A stretch of 64,000 nt of DNA from Nitrosopumilaceae archaeon (GCA_965200155.1 CBDATR010000010.1:352001-416000); one strand, 5' to 3'; shown: positions 1 to 11,522, counted from the stretch's first letter. Translations and numbers: made by a program. The notes: generated by a model not told the origin, from the letters alone.

Positions 1-37
1 ATATCTTAGTGAATGATCAAAACACGTGAACTCATAC
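1..37 (-). mobile_element. Left end (TIR) of IS66-like element, rest lies outside the window
   Basis: Exact reverse complement of GTATGAGTTCACGTGTTTTGATCATTCACTAAGATAT at 3178-3214. Confidence 0.85.
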
Positions 38-197
38 TGTTTCAGGTCTTGAGCTATTTTGGTTGTGGCAACGCCTCTTTTGCGTTGTCTTACTATTGAT
101 TCCTCTGTTATTCTATTTACCATAGCCTTTCGTGGTTTGTGCAATCTGAACTACTGTACGCCGGATCCTAAGCGGACTTACTTTTCGTACTATTGAA
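38..197 (-). mobile_element. 5' remnant of IS481-like element, truncated by the IS66 end
   Basis: Near-identical to 46280-46428; homology stops at CTATTGAA in both copies. Confidence 0.8.
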
Positions 198-339
198 TGG
201 CAGTAACTATGTGTCTAAATTTATGTGTGGTGAATAGCAACGATTAGTGTGATTTGTTCTTGGGTTGACAAATCATAAACTTCCACCATAAAATGGAAAA
301 GCACCAAGAGTTAAATACTCAAATTGACAATTGTATACC

Positions 340-600
340 GTGCCAACAGCTTATGTGTTGTTGAATTCAGACCTTGGGTCGGACACGACAGTAATAGTAG
401 AAGTAAAAGACATACTAGCCAATGAGAGTAATATTCGTTATGAGATACAGGGTGTATACGGAGTTTACGACATCGTACTGAAATTGACGGCATCAGATAC
501 AGATATTTTAAGGTACGTCATAACCAACAAAATACGTAGAATTCCAAAGGTTCAATCTACTCTGACAATGATGGTCATAGAAGAACAAGAGATATTCTAG
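340..600 (+). CDS. Lrp/AsnC ligand-binding-domain protein
   Basis: MPTAYVLLN...GVYDIVLK...KIRRIPKVQSTLTM; GTG start inferred. Confidence 0.85.
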   Translation: MPTAYVLLNSDLGSDTTVIVEVKDILANESNIRYEIQGVYGVYDIVLKLTASDTDILRYVITNKIRRIPKVQSTLTMMVIEEQEIF

Positions 601-862
601 TAGTGGTTGGGTTCTCCTAGAAATAATTATGATAATTTAGTTATGTAAAGAGTAAACAAAGGAATCATAAGTTCTAATATATTTTGGGAGATAACTAGTA
701 CGCCATAACTGTATCTATAATCTCTCCGCAGATATGATGAATCCTCTCTTTCTGCCCTTCTACTGACTGCTGGTCTTGGGTCCAGTAGAATATCTGGGAA
801 TTACTTGTGTTGCCGTATTTCCATTATGTCACTAAAAACGTAGACGCACATGAAGAATATTC

Positions 863-1999
863 CTAAATGTTCTTGACAACCTCAATAGCTTGCATCATCT
901 CGGACTCAGTATTGTAAAAGTGGGGTGCCGCGCGTACTACCTTGAGACGGCCTATCTCTCGTACTGCCATAATTATTCCCTGATCTTCCATTCTACGTAC
1001 CACCTCATCCGGATCATGATTCTGTACACTGAATGGTACCACACCTATGCGACAATCCGGCGGCCCATACAGCGTAACGCCTTGTATACCGGATAATTCA
1101 TCCCGTAGTATATCACTCATCTTGGTGTTGTGGTGTAGTATGGCGTCCAAACCCCACTGTATTATCACATCCAGTGAGGCATCAAGTCCTGCAAGCCCTA
1201 TAAAATTACGATATCCTGCCTCAAATCTGTTGGGGATGTCTTTTAATGCAACCTTTGTATCATCGTACACCATGGCGGTCTCGCCTCCTACATAAGTGGG
1301 TTCTATTGCATCTATCGCCTTTCGATTACAATATAGGATACCTGTTCCCATGGGGCCGCAGAGCCATTTTGAACAGGGAAATGCCATAAAATCGCATTCC
1401 AACCTAGAAAAGTCATATTCGCCTATACTTCCTACCGACTGGGCCGCATCCACGAAAAAAATTGCGTCTTTCGGAATACTCTTCCTTATGTGCTCTAGCG
1501 GTAACACAGCTCCTGTGTTATACAACACATGACTTAGAGATACCAGTGCTGTATTCTCGTCCAGTCTATTTTCCATATCTTTAATACTAAATAATCCATT
1601 ATTGTCCGTAGGTATGATGCGTATGTCCACACGATCCTGTAGGTGTAGCCACGGAAGTGAGTTTGCATGATGTTCGTATATGACTTCTCTTATAACTAAG
1701 TTGGACCGCGGCCCAAATTTCATTCCACTAGATACGATGTTGATGCCATTTGTTGCGCTCTGTGTAAATATTATCTCATTGATCTGACAATGAAGTATGG
1801 ATGCTATCTTGCGACGGACTTTACTAGATAGATCCTCTATCATTTTTGCGGCAGCTTGTGAGTCTGGACCCACATCGTTATACTGCAGTAAAAAATCATT
1901 CATAGCTTGTATAGATGAGAGGGGTAGTCTAGAAACGGATGCATTATTCATATATGATACGCCCATACTGGGAAACTCGTGATATATGTCAGACACCAT
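863..1999 (-). CDS. Class V PLP aminotransferase / cysteine desulfurase-like
   Basis: YMNNAS, EHHAN, VDAAQSVG, SKWLCGPMGTG, RAAPHFYN motifs. Confidence 0.85.
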   Translation of the reverse strand: MVSDIYHEFPSMGVSYMNNASVSRLPLSSIQAMNDFLLQYNDVGPDSQAAAKMIEDLSSKVRRKIASILHCQINEIIFTQSATNGINIVSSGMKFGPRSNLVIREVIYEHHANSLPWLHLQDRVDIRIIPTDNNGLFSIKDMENRLDENTALVSLSHVLYNTGAVLPLEHIRKSIPKDAIFFVDAAQSVGSIGEYDFSRLECDFMAFPCSKWLCGPMGTGILYCNRKAIDAIEPTYVGGETAMVYDDTKVALKDIPNRFEAGYRNFIGLAGLDASLDVIIQWGLDAILHHNTKMSDILRDELSGIQGVTLYGPPDCRIGVVPFSVQNHDPDEVVRRMEDQGIIMAVREIGRLKVVRAAPHFYNTESEMMQAIEVVKNI

Positions 2000-2059
2000 T
2001 TATACCAACAAACCGCCAACTATATGATGAATAAAGATTCTGTTCAACCAATCCAATTC

Positions 2060-2584
2060 ATGCAGTATGGATTAAATATCATACTATGTTCTCATCCATT
2101 TGCTAAATCAGTATTCTTGGATGCACTGGCACACTCATCCAACAATGCTGTTTTATACCTAGATTTTGATCTTTTGTATAGTGGTTATATAGAATCCGGA
2201 CTCCTAAAACCACGCGATAATGTTACCATATTTCGTCCTCATTTAAAATGGGAGGAGAGTCTTGTTACTATACTCAGTAAAATATCAATGACGCCCTACA
2301 CAGTAATAATAGATTCATTACACGGTATGAGTGCTCTGTGGTCTGATCGCCGTAGTATTCAACGGGTAAACCGTTCCATCATGTTACTTACTGCCCTAAG
2401 TAATGAAGTGGGCACACAGGTAATGGCAACCATGATGGGAGATATGCCAAAACACGGTTGGGCGATGGTGCCTGGTGGAAATTCTCCATCAAACCTTGAT
2501 AGAACATTTGTCATAAACGGGACTTCGAATTCCATACGCCTGCTTAGATACGATGAGCGACCACTGTGCGAGATATTTCTATAA
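2060..2584 (+). CDS. Hypothetical protein, degenerate RecA/KaiC-like P-loop fold
   Basis: VLYLDFDLLYSGY and VIIDSL (Walker B-like); start uncertain. Confidence 0.6.
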   Translation: MQYGLNIILCSHPFAKSVFLDALAHSSNNAVLYLDFDLLYSGYIESGLLKPRDNVTIFRPHLKWEESLVTILSKISMTPYTVIIDSLHGMSALWSDRRSIQRVNRSIMLLTALSNEVGTQVMATMMGDMPKHGWAMVPGGNSPSNLDRTFVINGTSNSIRLLRYDERPLCEIFL

Positions 2585-2664
2585 CTGTGTTATATTTCTC
2601 AAACGGCGTTATAGAACTGATCTTTTGAGCAAATTATATTAAGAAAAACCGTAACATGTATGGT

Positions 2665-2964
2665 ATGCCAGTAGGTATTATTCCTGACATTGGTGAGCAG
2701 ATGTGTATTGGCTGCGCGCTATGCGTAGAGATATGCACAAGTTTGGGACCTGATGTCCTTAGGATAAAACCAGTGGAAGGTTGGAAGCGAGGTAAGGCAT
2801 TTGTCTTTTACCCAGAACGATGCATCTCTGATGGTGCATGTATTGGTGTTTGTCCCACCAAGGCAATATTCTGGATGAGGCCGATGGACTTTACCGTTGG
2901 ACAGCCAGTTCCACTGTACAAGAACTCCGTGTTTGAGAACGGCTGGACCGAGCTCATAGATTAA
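2665..2964 (+). CDS. 2x[4Fe-4S] ferredoxin
   Basis: CIGCALCVEIC and CISDGACIGVCP. Confidence 0.92.
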   Translation: MPVGIIPDIGEQMCIGCALCVEICTSLGPDVLRIKPVEGWKRGKAFVFYPERCISDGACIGVCPTKAIFWMRPMDFTVGQPVPLYKNSVFENGWTELID

Positions 2965-3074
2965 AGCTTAGATTTTTCACTTTTTCATTTTACTCCAGTT
3001 TTATTATTTGTGTTATTATTGCACTTGTCTACATTTTTAAAGTAATAAATTAATTATTTGAAAGTAAAATTCAT

Positions 3075-3166
3075 GTATGAGTTCACGTCTTCCGGAATCT
3101 TATGCACAAATCACATTAACTGTCGCGATCAGTTATGCGTAAATTTAGACACAGATGAACTCATAC
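3075..3166 (+). mobile_element. MITE family A (92 bp) copy
   Basis: GTATGAGTTCAC...ATGAACTCATAC TIR; no clear target duplication. Confidence 0.9.
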
Positions 3167-3266
3167 GTTCATCTATCGTATGAGTTCACGTGTTTTGATC
3201 ATTCACTAAGATATAGATCGGTATGGCAATATTTTACTTAAATACCAAATTTACAATAAGAATCTA

Positions 3267-3823
3267 ATGAGAAGACGCCGGTCCTATAAGGAATTGGAAC
3301 TGGAAAATAAACTTCTTCAGGATACCCTTGCGTCTACCAAGAAAGATATTGCACATTACAAGGAACGTGTGAGAGTATTGGAAGCACATACGTCACACAC
3401 CATAAAAGAAATATGAAATCATATGCAAGATTTCCAAATTATTAGAAATTATGTAAGTGAATTAAAAGAGGAATTAGTAGAAAAAGACAGGAAAATTGCG
3501 GTATTCACAACGCGACTTAAATATTATGAGAATGCTCACTCGCCACCATCCCTTCAATCCCTCCAGTACAAGAAGCGAAAACAGGAGGAACAGAAGCGAA
3601 AACAGGAGGAACAGAAGCGAAAACAGGGAGATAATAAGAAACAGAAAGAAGCCAGTACTAAATCAGCCAAAAAGGCTGGCGCTCAAAAGGGACACAAGGG
3701 GGTTTCCCGTTCCCACAACCCCGGCAGAATAGTGCATCACACCTTTGAGTACACACCAATATGTGAGTGCGGCAATATGATGACAAAAATTGGTTGGAAA
3801 CAACGACACATAACGGAATTAAT
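3267..3823 (+). pseudogene. IS66-family transposase 5' fragment (frameshifted, truncated by MITE)
   Basis: 49-aa ORF 3267-3416, then ORF from 3423 with coiled coil, SPPS, GAQKGHKG and zinc-finger start; includes a 21-bp tandem repeat (KRKQEEQ). Confidence 0.8.
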
Positions 3824-3924
3824 GTATGAGTTCACCTGTGTCTAAATTTACGCACAACTGATGGAACAGGTTGTTCTAGTTAATGTGATTTGTGCACAAG
3901 ATTCCGGAAGACGTGAACTCATAC
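3824..3924 (-). mobile_element. MITE family A variant B (101 bp)
   Basis: Perfect 12-bp TIR; central GGAACAGGTTGTTCT segment replaces CGCGAC. Confidence 0.9.
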
Positions 3925-4182
3925 CATCCATCTCTAAATTTACGCACGAAAGATGGCGGTAATTAGTATGATTTAAGCACACGATCTGAGAAGACGTGAA
4001 CTCAAACAATTATTCAGATACATGGACAAATAATTACGCACAAAATTCATCACTGAATTTCTTGACTTATTTGCATAATCTCCTAAAAACAAAATTCCAA
4101 CGATAAACCCTATTTGAGCACAGAATAATGTCTGAACTCTTGCATCTACAAATAAATCGTCGGTGGTAATTATTTCACAAGG

Positions 4183-5505
4183 CTACCATACGTCGTCTAT
4201 CTCATGCAATTCTCCGTACTCCTTTATACGCGGCTTATTGGAGAGTTGAAGGCGGGCTATATCTCTGTCAAATACAAAATCTACTGTCCAGTCCACTACT
4301 AGTCGTATTCGTTTGGATAATGTGGGTATTTTTGAGAGATATATGTTTCTCCACAGGAACCAGGCAAGGCTTCCCCTAATATTCATACCAAAAACTGATG
4401 CTATTCCAGTCCTTTTGCCCAGTATTGCCATTTGGCCTTTTGGCTTGTAACTGAACCGATTTCTTGTTTGGTTATTGATTATGGCATACAGGTTGCGCGC
4501 TATCAATCTGGCCTGTGCCTCGGCCAGTTGGGCAGTAGCAACAAAAGGTTGCTCTGTTGTAGGATCAACGCACAGGGCACAGTCTCCGGCGGCAAACACC
4601 CCCGGAAATCCTTGCGCCTCCAAATACTCGTCCACAACCATCTTCCCACGCTCCGTCTTGAATATGGATCTCTTTATGGTGTTAACCGGTGTAACTCCTG
4701 CTGTCCAAATGACTGTCTTTGCTTGAATGCTGTAGGTCTTTTCTGTCTCTAGATCCTTCACCTGAACCTTACTTCCATCAAAGCCTGTTACGGCTGTATG
4801 CAACTTTATCTTTATGCCCCGCTTTTCCAGCACATCCTGTGTAAATTTTGCCAGCTTGCTAGAGAAGCCTGGAAGTATCTCATTTATTGCCTCCAGAACC
4901 ATTACGGTAATGTCTTCCTCTCGCATGTTTGGATAATGTTTAACTAAATCCATCAAAAAATCATGTACTTCGCCCGCAGTCTCTATTCCGGAGAAGCCTC
5001 CGCCTACAACAACAAACGTAAGCAGACTCTGCTTGATCTCATTGGATTCATGATCTGCCTGCTCCAGCATATCTACTACACGGTTCCGAACTTCTACGGC
5101 ATCATTCAGTGTCTTCATACGGTACGCATTGTTCTCCAAATCACTCATTCCAAAGAAATCTGTTTCACTACCAAGCGCTACCACTAAATAGTCATACTCA
5201 AGCGTCATGCCCGGTTTTTCCGGCGTCCCCCACAATCTTATCTTCTTAGAAGTAGGATTGATATCTTTAACGCGACCCTCGTAAAAATTCGCTCTCTTTA
5301 TTATAATGCGAATGGGCATAACTATGTTCCTGGTCTGTATGGATCCTGATGCTACTTGCGGTAACATGGGTGTGAAAAGTAGAAAATTATCCTCGCTCAC
5401 CAGTGTTATCTCTATGTCTGAATTCTTCCTTGCATGCTTTTGTAACTGCTTTGCACATTCAACTCCCGCAAAGCCACCTCCCAATATTACAATCCGCTTG
5501 CCCAT
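4183..5505 (-). CDS. ndh: Type II NADH:quinone oxidoreductase
   Basis: GGGFAG, FTPMLPQV, VVGGGFSGIE, AAGDCA, AQLAEAQA motifs. Confidence 0.88.
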   Translation of the reverse strand: MGKRIVILGGGFAGVECAKQLQKHARKNSDIEITLVSEDNFLLFTPMLPQVASGSIQTRNIVMPIRIIIKRANFYEGRVKDINPTSKKIRLWGTPEKPGMTLEYDYLVVALGSETDFFGMSDLENNAYRMKTLNDAVEVRNRVVDMLEQADHESNEIKQSLLTFVVVGGGFSGIETAGEVHDFLMDLVKHYPNMREEDITVMVLEAINEILPGFSSKLAKFTQDVLEKRGIKIKLHTAVTGFDGSKVQVKDLETEKTYSIQAKTVIWTAGVTPVNTIKRSIFKTERGKMVVDEYLEAQGFPGVFAAGDCALCVDPTTEQPFVATAQLAEAQARLIARNLYAIINNQTRNRFSYKPKGQMAILGKRTGIASVFGMNIRGSLAWFLWRNIYLSKIPTLSKRIRLVVDWTVDFVFDRDIARLQLSNKPRIKEYGELHEIDDVW

Positions 5506-5512
5506 GATGTCT

Positions 5513-6172
5513 TCATAACGTTCTGACTATGTCTGAGCGCAGGACTTCATACGCCCGTGACGCATGCCTCTCATTCACAACTAGGGTGGTCTCATTTTCG
5601 CTGAAAAAGGCATTACGTAACTCGATACCATTGTTATGTAATACCTCTGCAATATAGGAAACAACATCGGGCTGGGAATGTCTGGGGGGGATGGTAACCT
5701 TGATCCGGGCTAAACCGGTGTTACATGTTCGTTCCCCGCTGATCTCATCAAGGACCTTTCGCACGGCCTCCATATCGACGGCCAAAAACCTAACAGAGTC
5801 TGCCATCCTGAAAAAGTCATAGTCATCGGTGGCCTCCGCGAGTTTGGTAAGTATGGCCACGGGCTCCATGCCCAATTCTTCCACAGACAGATGAATGTCT
5901 AATATACCATCGGTGAGCGAGAGTCGTGCGTTCTTGAGTATGCTCCCCTCGCGCAATTCTTCTCCATCAAACGAATCTGCATACCTCTTGAGCGCTACCA
6001 CCACCGTGTTGAGGTTGACTGGCCGTCCTGTCTCTCTCTCCACATCCGGACGTATGCGAATGGCTAGGGCTGTATAGTTTATGACGTTCATCTTTATGCA
6101 GTCATATATGGAACGGTTCCTGGTTACAATCTCCCGTATTACGTCGGTAACCGAAACTCCTGTCGTCCTCAT
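5513..6172 (-). CDS. Archaeal ACT-domain regulatory protein
   Basis: INYTALA..NTVVVALKRY N-terminus with C-terminal ACT-like domain; start inferred. Confidence 0.75.
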   Translation of the reverse strand: MRTTGVSVTDVIREIVTRNRSIYDCIKMNVINYTALAIRIRPDVERETGRPVNLNTVVVALKRYADSFDGEELREGSILKNARLSLTDGILDIHLSVEELGMEPVAILTKLAEATDDYDFFRMADSVRFLAVDMEAVRKVLDEISGERTCNTGLARIKVTIPPRHSQPDVVSYIAEVLHNNGIELRNAFFSENETTLVVNERHASRAYEVLRSDIVRTL

Positions 6173-6290
6173 ACCATAATAAAGTTCTGTCACACATATT
6201 AGCATTGTTTTATAGCATTACATTTACTGTCAATTTTTGCTACTAAGACTGTAATAACTTATATTATGTAATAGTGATTACATAAGTAAT

Positions 6291-6749
6291 ATGAAAATTA
6301 CAACATTTGAAGATTTTGACAAAGTCTTCAATAGCATAGTTATGGGCCGATTCCCTGTCGGCCTGCCAGTATGGTATAGTTATGAGGTTGTAGAGTCTAA
6401 TGACGCATCCGGGTCTCGCGTAACGGGGTGCAATACCGGTTCATACGAGGCATGTGGTTGTGACCAGAGTCGGGAGATACAGGTAGATGTCATAGAGGAC
6501 GAAAAGAATGGTAAGGTAAAGTTGGTGGCAGAGATACCCGGGGTAGAGAAGAAGGACATAAGCGTGACACTTGAGGGACGCGAGGTCGTGATCAAGACCA
6601 CCCGCGACGACAAGTCATATGATGCCAAGGTATCCATTAAGCAGAGGGTAAGCCCCGACAGTGCAACCGCGTCATATCGTAACGGTATTCTGGAGATTGT
6701 CTTTAATGTGGACAACAGAACTAGGGGAAAAACGGTGAGGGTGAACTAA
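6291..6749 (+). CDS. Hsp20/alpha-crystallin small heat-shock protein
   Basis: VAEIPGVEKKDI...ASYRNGILEI. Confidence 0.9.
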   Translation: MKITTFEDFDKVFNSIVMGRFPVGLPVWYSYEVVESNDASGSRVTGCNTGSYEACGCDQSREIQVDVIEDEKNGKVKLVAEIPGVEKKDISVTLEGREVVIKTTRDDKSYDAKVSIKQRVSPDSATASYRNGILEIVFNVDNRTRGKTVRVN

Positions 6750-6774
6750 TCCTCTTTTTTTTTATTATGGTGAT

Positions 6775-8883
6775 ATGGTGATGGAGTCAGAAAAATATAC
6801 ACTAAAGGTCTCGGAGATGGCACGACGTCATGGTGGTCTGGGACGGGCAGTGGTGGACCCACAGGTTGTGGAGACGGCTAATTGGACAACTGGCCAGATT
6901 CTTGAGGTATCTTATGGAAAAACGACTTTTGTAAGACTGTGGCCGGGTTCGGTGTTATATAGATCTGGTGTCATAGAGATAGATGGCATAACCCGGCAGA
7001 ACGCGGGAGCTGGCATAGGCGACCGAGTTATAGTGAGGAGTAGCACTGCGCATGTGGGTCGCGAGGTTGTACTCTCGCCTACTGAGAATGTACAAGTGAG
7101 TGGATTGGGGGAATTTGTCCAACAAAACTATGTCAATCGCGTAATGAGCTTGGGTGATGGCATAATTGCCGGAACGCATCTTGGATATCGTGTGCAGCTC
7201 ATTGTAGTATCCACAAAACCCTCCAGCCCAGTGATAATAGACAGGGATACCCGAATTATAGTGGGCAAGCCGGGAATGTCTGCAGCAGCTCCCGGATTCA
7301 CTTATGATGATTTGGGGGGACTGGATACGGAGATCAAAAAGATTAGGGAGATGGTCGAGCTTCCACTACGACACCCGGAACTCTTTGAGAAGGTTGGCGT
7401 GGATGCTCCAAAAGGCGTATTACTGTATGGCCCGCCCGGTACCGGTAAAACCCTGCTGGCCCGCGCAGTGGCAGGTGAGACCAGCGCGAACTTTTTGCAT
7501 GTTAGCGGTCCGGAGATAATGGGAAAATATCATGGTGAGAGCGAGGAGCGGCTCCGGGATATCTTTAGAGACGCATCAGAGAATGCGCCTTCCATAATAT
7601 TCATTGACGAGATTGATTCTATAGCTCCCAAGCGAGATGATGTGGCAGGCGAGGTCGAGAAGCGCGTGGTCTCCCAACTACTAACGCTTATGGACGGTCT
7701 CAAGAACAGGGGCAAGGTTGTGGTAGTTGCCGCCACAAACCGTCCTGATTCTATTGATCCTGCCTTACGGCGGGGTGGCCGGTTCGACAGGGAGATGGAG
7801 ATAGGCATACCTGACTATTCTGGCAGGCAGGATATATTGCGGATACACACGCATGGGATGCCCCTTGTAGAAGTTGACTTGGACCAGATAGCTCGCGTGA
7901 CTCACGGCTTTGTGGGTGCGGATTTACAGGCACTCTCAAAGGAGGCTGCAATGTCCTCGTTGAGGCGTATTATGCCCAAAATTGATTTGGAACAGGAGCG
8001 AATATCTCCAGATATATTGCAGCAGATTCAAATAGTGCCGGAGGACTTTCGGGGAGCCCTGCGGGAGGTTCGGCCCAGCGCCCTGCGGGAGGTTTTGGTT
8101 CAGGTGCCTGATGTAAAGTGGAGTGATGTGGGCGGACTAGATAGACTGAAGGCAGATCTGCGGGAAGCAACCGAGTGGCCACTAAAGTATGCTGATGCCT
8201 TCAAGCATGTGGATGCCACGTCTCCCAAAGGTATAATGTTACACGGACCTCCCGGGACCGGAAAGACGCTGGTGGCCAAAGCACTAGCACACGAGACTGA
8301 CTCCAATTTCATCAGTATCAAGGGACCGGAATTACTTTCCAAGTGGGTAGGTGAATCTGAGAAGGGCATACGGGAGGTCTTCCGTAAGGCGCGCCAGGCA
8401 GCGCCCTGTGTCATATTCTTCGACGAGATGGATTCGCTTACTCCTAGGCGTGGCATGGACATGGGTACCCATGTTACCGAGAACGTAGTGTCTCAGATAC
8501 TCTCGGAGATGGACGGTTTGGAGGAGTTGCATGATGTGGTTGTGGTTGGCGCCACAAACCGTGTGGATATGATAGACGAGGCGCTTTTGCGTCCCGGCAG
8601 ATTTGACTTGGTGATAGAGGTGCCCAGTCCTGACAGTAAGGGCAGGGCGCAAATATTGCGTATACACACAAGGAATAAGCCCCTGTCCAGTAACGTTGAC
8701 TTTGGGGCGCTGGTAGAGTCTACTGACGGTTTCACTGGCGCCCAACTCATGGCTGTAACCAACATTGCGGCCATGTCTGCACTGCGGCGATATGTGGAAT
8801 GCGGCAGTTCCGTTAATGATACTGTTATACTGATGGATGATCTGGAGCGCGCGGTAAAGAAGATTAAATTCGTGCCTAACTAG
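6775..8883 (+). CDS. cdc48: CDC48/VCP-family AAA ATPase
   Basis: Two AAA domains (GPPGTGKT x2, DEIDS/DEMDS, RxGRFD). Confidence 0.95.
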   Translation: MVMESEKYTLKVSEMARRHGGLGRAVVDPQVVETANWTTGQILEVSYGKTTFVRLWPGSVLYRSGVIEIDGITRQNAGAGIGDRVIVRSSTAHVGREVVLSPTENVQVSGLGEFVQQNYVNRVMSLGDGIIAGTHLGYRVQLIVVSTKPSSPVIIDRDTRIIVGKPGMSAAAPGFTYDDLGGLDTEIKKIREMVELPLRHPELFEKVGVDAPKGVLLYGPPGTGKTLLARAVAGETSANFLHVSGPEIMGKYHGESEERLRDIFRDASENAPSIIFIDEIDSIAPKRDDVAGEVEKRVVSQLLTLMDGLKNRGKVVVVAATNRPDSIDPALRRGGRFDREMEIGIPDYSGRQDILRIHTHGMPLVEVDLDQIARVTHGFVGADLQALSKEAAMSSLRRIMPKIDLEQERISPDILQQIQIVPEDFRGALREVRPSALREVLVQVPDVKWSDVGGLDRLKADLREATEWPLKYADAFKHVDATSPKGIMLHGPPGTGKTLVAKALAHETDSNFISIKGPELLSKWVGESEKGIREVFRKARQAAPCVIFFDEMDSLTPRRGMDMGTHVTENVVSQILSEMDGLEELHDVVVVGATNRVDMIDEALLRPGRFDLVIEVPSPDSKGRAQILRIHTRNKPLSSNVDFGALVESTDGFTGAQLMAVTNIAAMSALRRYVECGSSVNDTVILMDDLERAVKKIKFVPN

Positions 8884-9007
8884 ATTCTTCTTGTAATAAG
8901 AATGGCATTCATTGGTTGATATTGGTATGTGTCTGCCACAACATTTGGGGTAGCTACGCGTGGTAAGTTCCACAAGTCTTTGCACAGTTATGATGACGCC
9001 TGACCGG

Positions 9008-9200
9008 CAAGTTTGTTGTATATCTCAATCATGTAGACAAATCACATTGATAGAAAAAAGTTTGTATATTTCCGTTACACAAACATATGTTGGCAGCCAT
9101 TAGATCCAAACATTCAAATCTGAGAATATATAACAAGTTAGGTGACATTAATTGACAACAGGAAATACGTCCAGTGAGGGGTCTGCTGTTTGTCTTCAAC
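9008..9200 (+). mobile_element. Left-end remnant of IS5-like element
   Basis: Visible homology to 37937-38115 (e.g. CCATTAGATCCAA, TCTGAGA, TACGTCCAG). Confidence 0.65.
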
Positions 9201-9213
9201 CATGTGTGGGATT

Positions 9214-9354
9214 GTAACCGTTTAGGTCACCTCCGGGCAACTGTTGAAAACACAGCGCTAACATGTCCATTCTTACCTTTTCTATCATGTTGCATTACAT
9301 ATGCCTAGGAATTTACCATTAGGTGTTGATCTTTAACGCGACCTAAACGGTTAC
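9214..9354. mobile_element. MITE family B (141 bp)
   Basis: Perfect 15-bp TIR GTAACCGTTTAGGTC/GACCTAAACGGTTAC; homologous to 11572-11712 and 44188-44248. Confidence 0.8.
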
Positions 9355-9755
9355 ACCCGGGGACTTGTATTGGTCACTATAACTAGGCCTCTGTCAGCAG
9401 TGACTGGTATACGAGGCCATGACAAAGCGTGCACAACATACACTTAGCCTGATCCCACGGTATGGGATTAGCGCGTCAGTCCCTGTTAGCGGCGCTTGTA
9501 ATCCCTGACAATAATTATCACGATCCATACAAGTGATATGGCTATGGTACCAACACCAAGGCCTGCATAGAAAGGTCCCTCTAACTGGGTCATGCCTAAT
9601 CCTATGATGATTAGAACTACCGCCGCGGCGTATTGCTTATCCATGTGTTGTAATATCACATCATGCATATATGAGCATGGCAGATTTACGCGATACACAA
9701 ATTCATCACATATCCACTAATCCGATATCTGAGTGACGCATCTCATTATGTCTAC

Positions 9756-9847
9756 GTATGAGTTCACCTGTGTCTAAATTTACGCACAACTGATCGCGAC
9801 AGTTAATGTGATTTGTGCACAAGATTCCGGAAGACGTGAACTCATAC
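9756..9847 (-). mobile_element. MITE family A copy with TSD ATGTCTAC
   Basis: Perfect TIR and perfect 8-bp direct flanks. Confidence 0.95.
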
Positions 9848-9944
9848 ATGTCTACAGTCTCCGCTTACGTGGCAGTGAAACTACCGCCTTCAAGCTGCTC
9901 GACAAGGGGGAGATAATATGGTAAACTATCTGGACCACAGTAAT

Positions 9945-11522
9945 TCATGCCGATTGTGCGCACTCTTCATTCCGCTTTGTTCTCTTGCGAAACATATCGC
10001 GCAATATGAAGAGGGCTAGTGCCGGGGATCCCATATATGATACTAAAATTAACACAATTGTTAACACACCATATGTGAGGGCAGTAACCTCTGTGTCCAT
10101 ATTGGCATAGTTCAGTACAGAGAGTGCTGATAGCATGGGTGTTATGGACACTCTTACAACTTCTCGAAATAGGGGATTCTCTCGCTCATAGTCTGCTATG
10201 GTGGGGCTGAAGGTGTAGTATATGGAGTTAAACCCATTCAGAAAGTCGGCCCCAACTTTTGTCTGAGACAGGGACATATCTCGAATCTCACGAAGCTGTT
10301 GCACTTGGGGGGCCATTTCTGTTCCAAATGCGGCAGTAGCTATGAGACAGCCGCCGCCCAAATTAGATATGGGATCCTCCGGCGTGGCCTCCTCTGTTCG
10401 ATTTAAAATCTGGAACGATTGAAGGGATTCTTCCAACATCGCCGCATCTGTATCAAAGAATTCCATTTCACTAGTGAGCAGGAATGTATAGATCATGTCT
10501 TCAGCAATCATGGTTACCTCTCGATGCTTGATTGAGACAGTACCCATATCTGTATCAAACAGGTTAGTTGCCTCCAGTACAAATGCTGGCGTGTTGTTTA
10601 CCTCTGTCATTTCTTGTAATATAATTTGAAATGGTCCCGCGTCTGTCAATACTTCCAAATCCGCAAGCTTGGACTCCACTATAGCATCCAGCGTACTTCC
10701 GTCTGCCGGTATTGCATGTATGGCAATAGATGAGGGCAAGGCTCCAATTTGAGGAGCGACTGCCACTGCATTGGGCAAGCCGGGTCCAGATAATCTCTGT
10801 ACTACCCATCCCGTAGGGAATTTTACAGAAAAGTTCAGCTCTGGTATCTCTAGGGTTCCGTCAATGGTACTTGGCTCCTCGTCAACAAAAGTGGTCCGCA
10901 CAGGTGGACTCTGATCTAACAGCTCCATACCCGCTGCTGTTGCTTGGGCGCGTGTCATTACCTCTGTTGTCGTTATCCTAACTGATTCTGGGAAGAGCGG
11001 CCTGTCTTGTGCATCGGTGCTTGTTGCCGCTATGGTATCCAGTGTACGATAGCTATCATCAGTTACAAGTCTGCCAAATACGGTATATTGCGTATCCAGA
11101 AAGTTAGAGTTCTGGTGCACAATAAAGAACTGGGATCCAGCACTGTCTGGATTGGCGGATCTTGCCATAGACACTATGCCCCGACTATGCATAATGTCAT
11201 TAAATTCGGCTACCAGCATCTCATCTGGCCCTCCCGTTCCCCAAAGGTCTTGGGGACCACCGGGTCTTGTATTAGGATCACCGCCCTGTATCATAAAACC
11301 TGATATTATTCGATGAAATAGTGTGTTGTCATAATATCCGTCCTGGGCCAGCCCAACAAAATTTGCTACATGGTTGGGGGCATCTTCGGGGAAGAATTCT
11401 ATAACCAGTTCTCCCTGCGGAGTGTATAATATCACAATGTCATCATCCAAGCTTTGGGCGAATACATTACCGGTTACACCTATTGCCACCACTAGTATAA
11501 AAATGGGCAAAAGTCGTATCAA
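9945..11522 (-). CDS. Secreted cyclophilin-type PPIase with PsbP-like domain and CFI-box-CTERM anchor
   Basis: FHRIISGFMIQGGDP, SAGSQFFI, GGGCLIATAAFG, C-terminal TM helix. Confidence 0.9.
   Translation of the reverse strand: MIRLLPIFILVVAIGVTGNVFAQSLDDDIVILYTPQGELVIEFFPEDAPNHVANFVGLAQDGYYDNTLFHRIISGFMIQGGDPNTRPGGPQDLWGTGGPDEMLVAEFNDIMHSRGIVSMARSANPDSAGSQFFIVHQNSNFLDTQYTVFGRLVTDDSYRTLDTIAATSTDAQDRPLFPESVRITTTEVMTRAQATAAGMELLDQSPPVRTTFVDEEPSTIDGTLEIPELNFSVKFPTGWVVQRLSGPGLPNAVAVAPQIGALPSSIAIHAIPADGSTLDAIVESKLADLEVLTDAGPFQIILQEMTEVNNTPAFVLEATNLFDTDMGTVSIKHREVTMIAEDMIYTFLLTSEMEFFDTDAAMLEESLQSFQILNRTEEATPEDPISNLGGGCLIATAAFGTEMAPQVQQLREIRDMSLSQTKVGADFLNGFNSIYYTFSPTIADYERENPLFREVVRVSITPMLSALSVLNYANMDTEVTALTYGVLTIVLILVSYMGSPALALFILRDMFRKRTKRNEECAQSA

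Larger units (their letters stand above)
3178..3924 (+). mobile_element. Composite: IS66-like left end + 5' transposase fragment + MITE A variant B
   Basis: Flanked by CATCTATC/CATCCATC (8 bp, 1 mismatch); fragment ENAHSPPS...KAGAQKGHKG...CECG is typical of IS66 TnpC N-terminus. Confidence 0.8.

Noticed and set aside
734-766. ATGATGA...CTGA as a C/D box sRNA
   Set aside because: Too short, no C'/D' boxes and no identifiable target.
2361-2375. AACGGGTAAACCGTT resembling the tnpB micro-hairpin core
   Set aside because: No flanking 5-bp duplication and it lies in an uninterrupted CDS; probably chance.
8332-8985. Long antisense ORFs over cdc48, amt, atp and cox genes
   Set aside because: Shadows of well-supported genes with no recognisable motifs.
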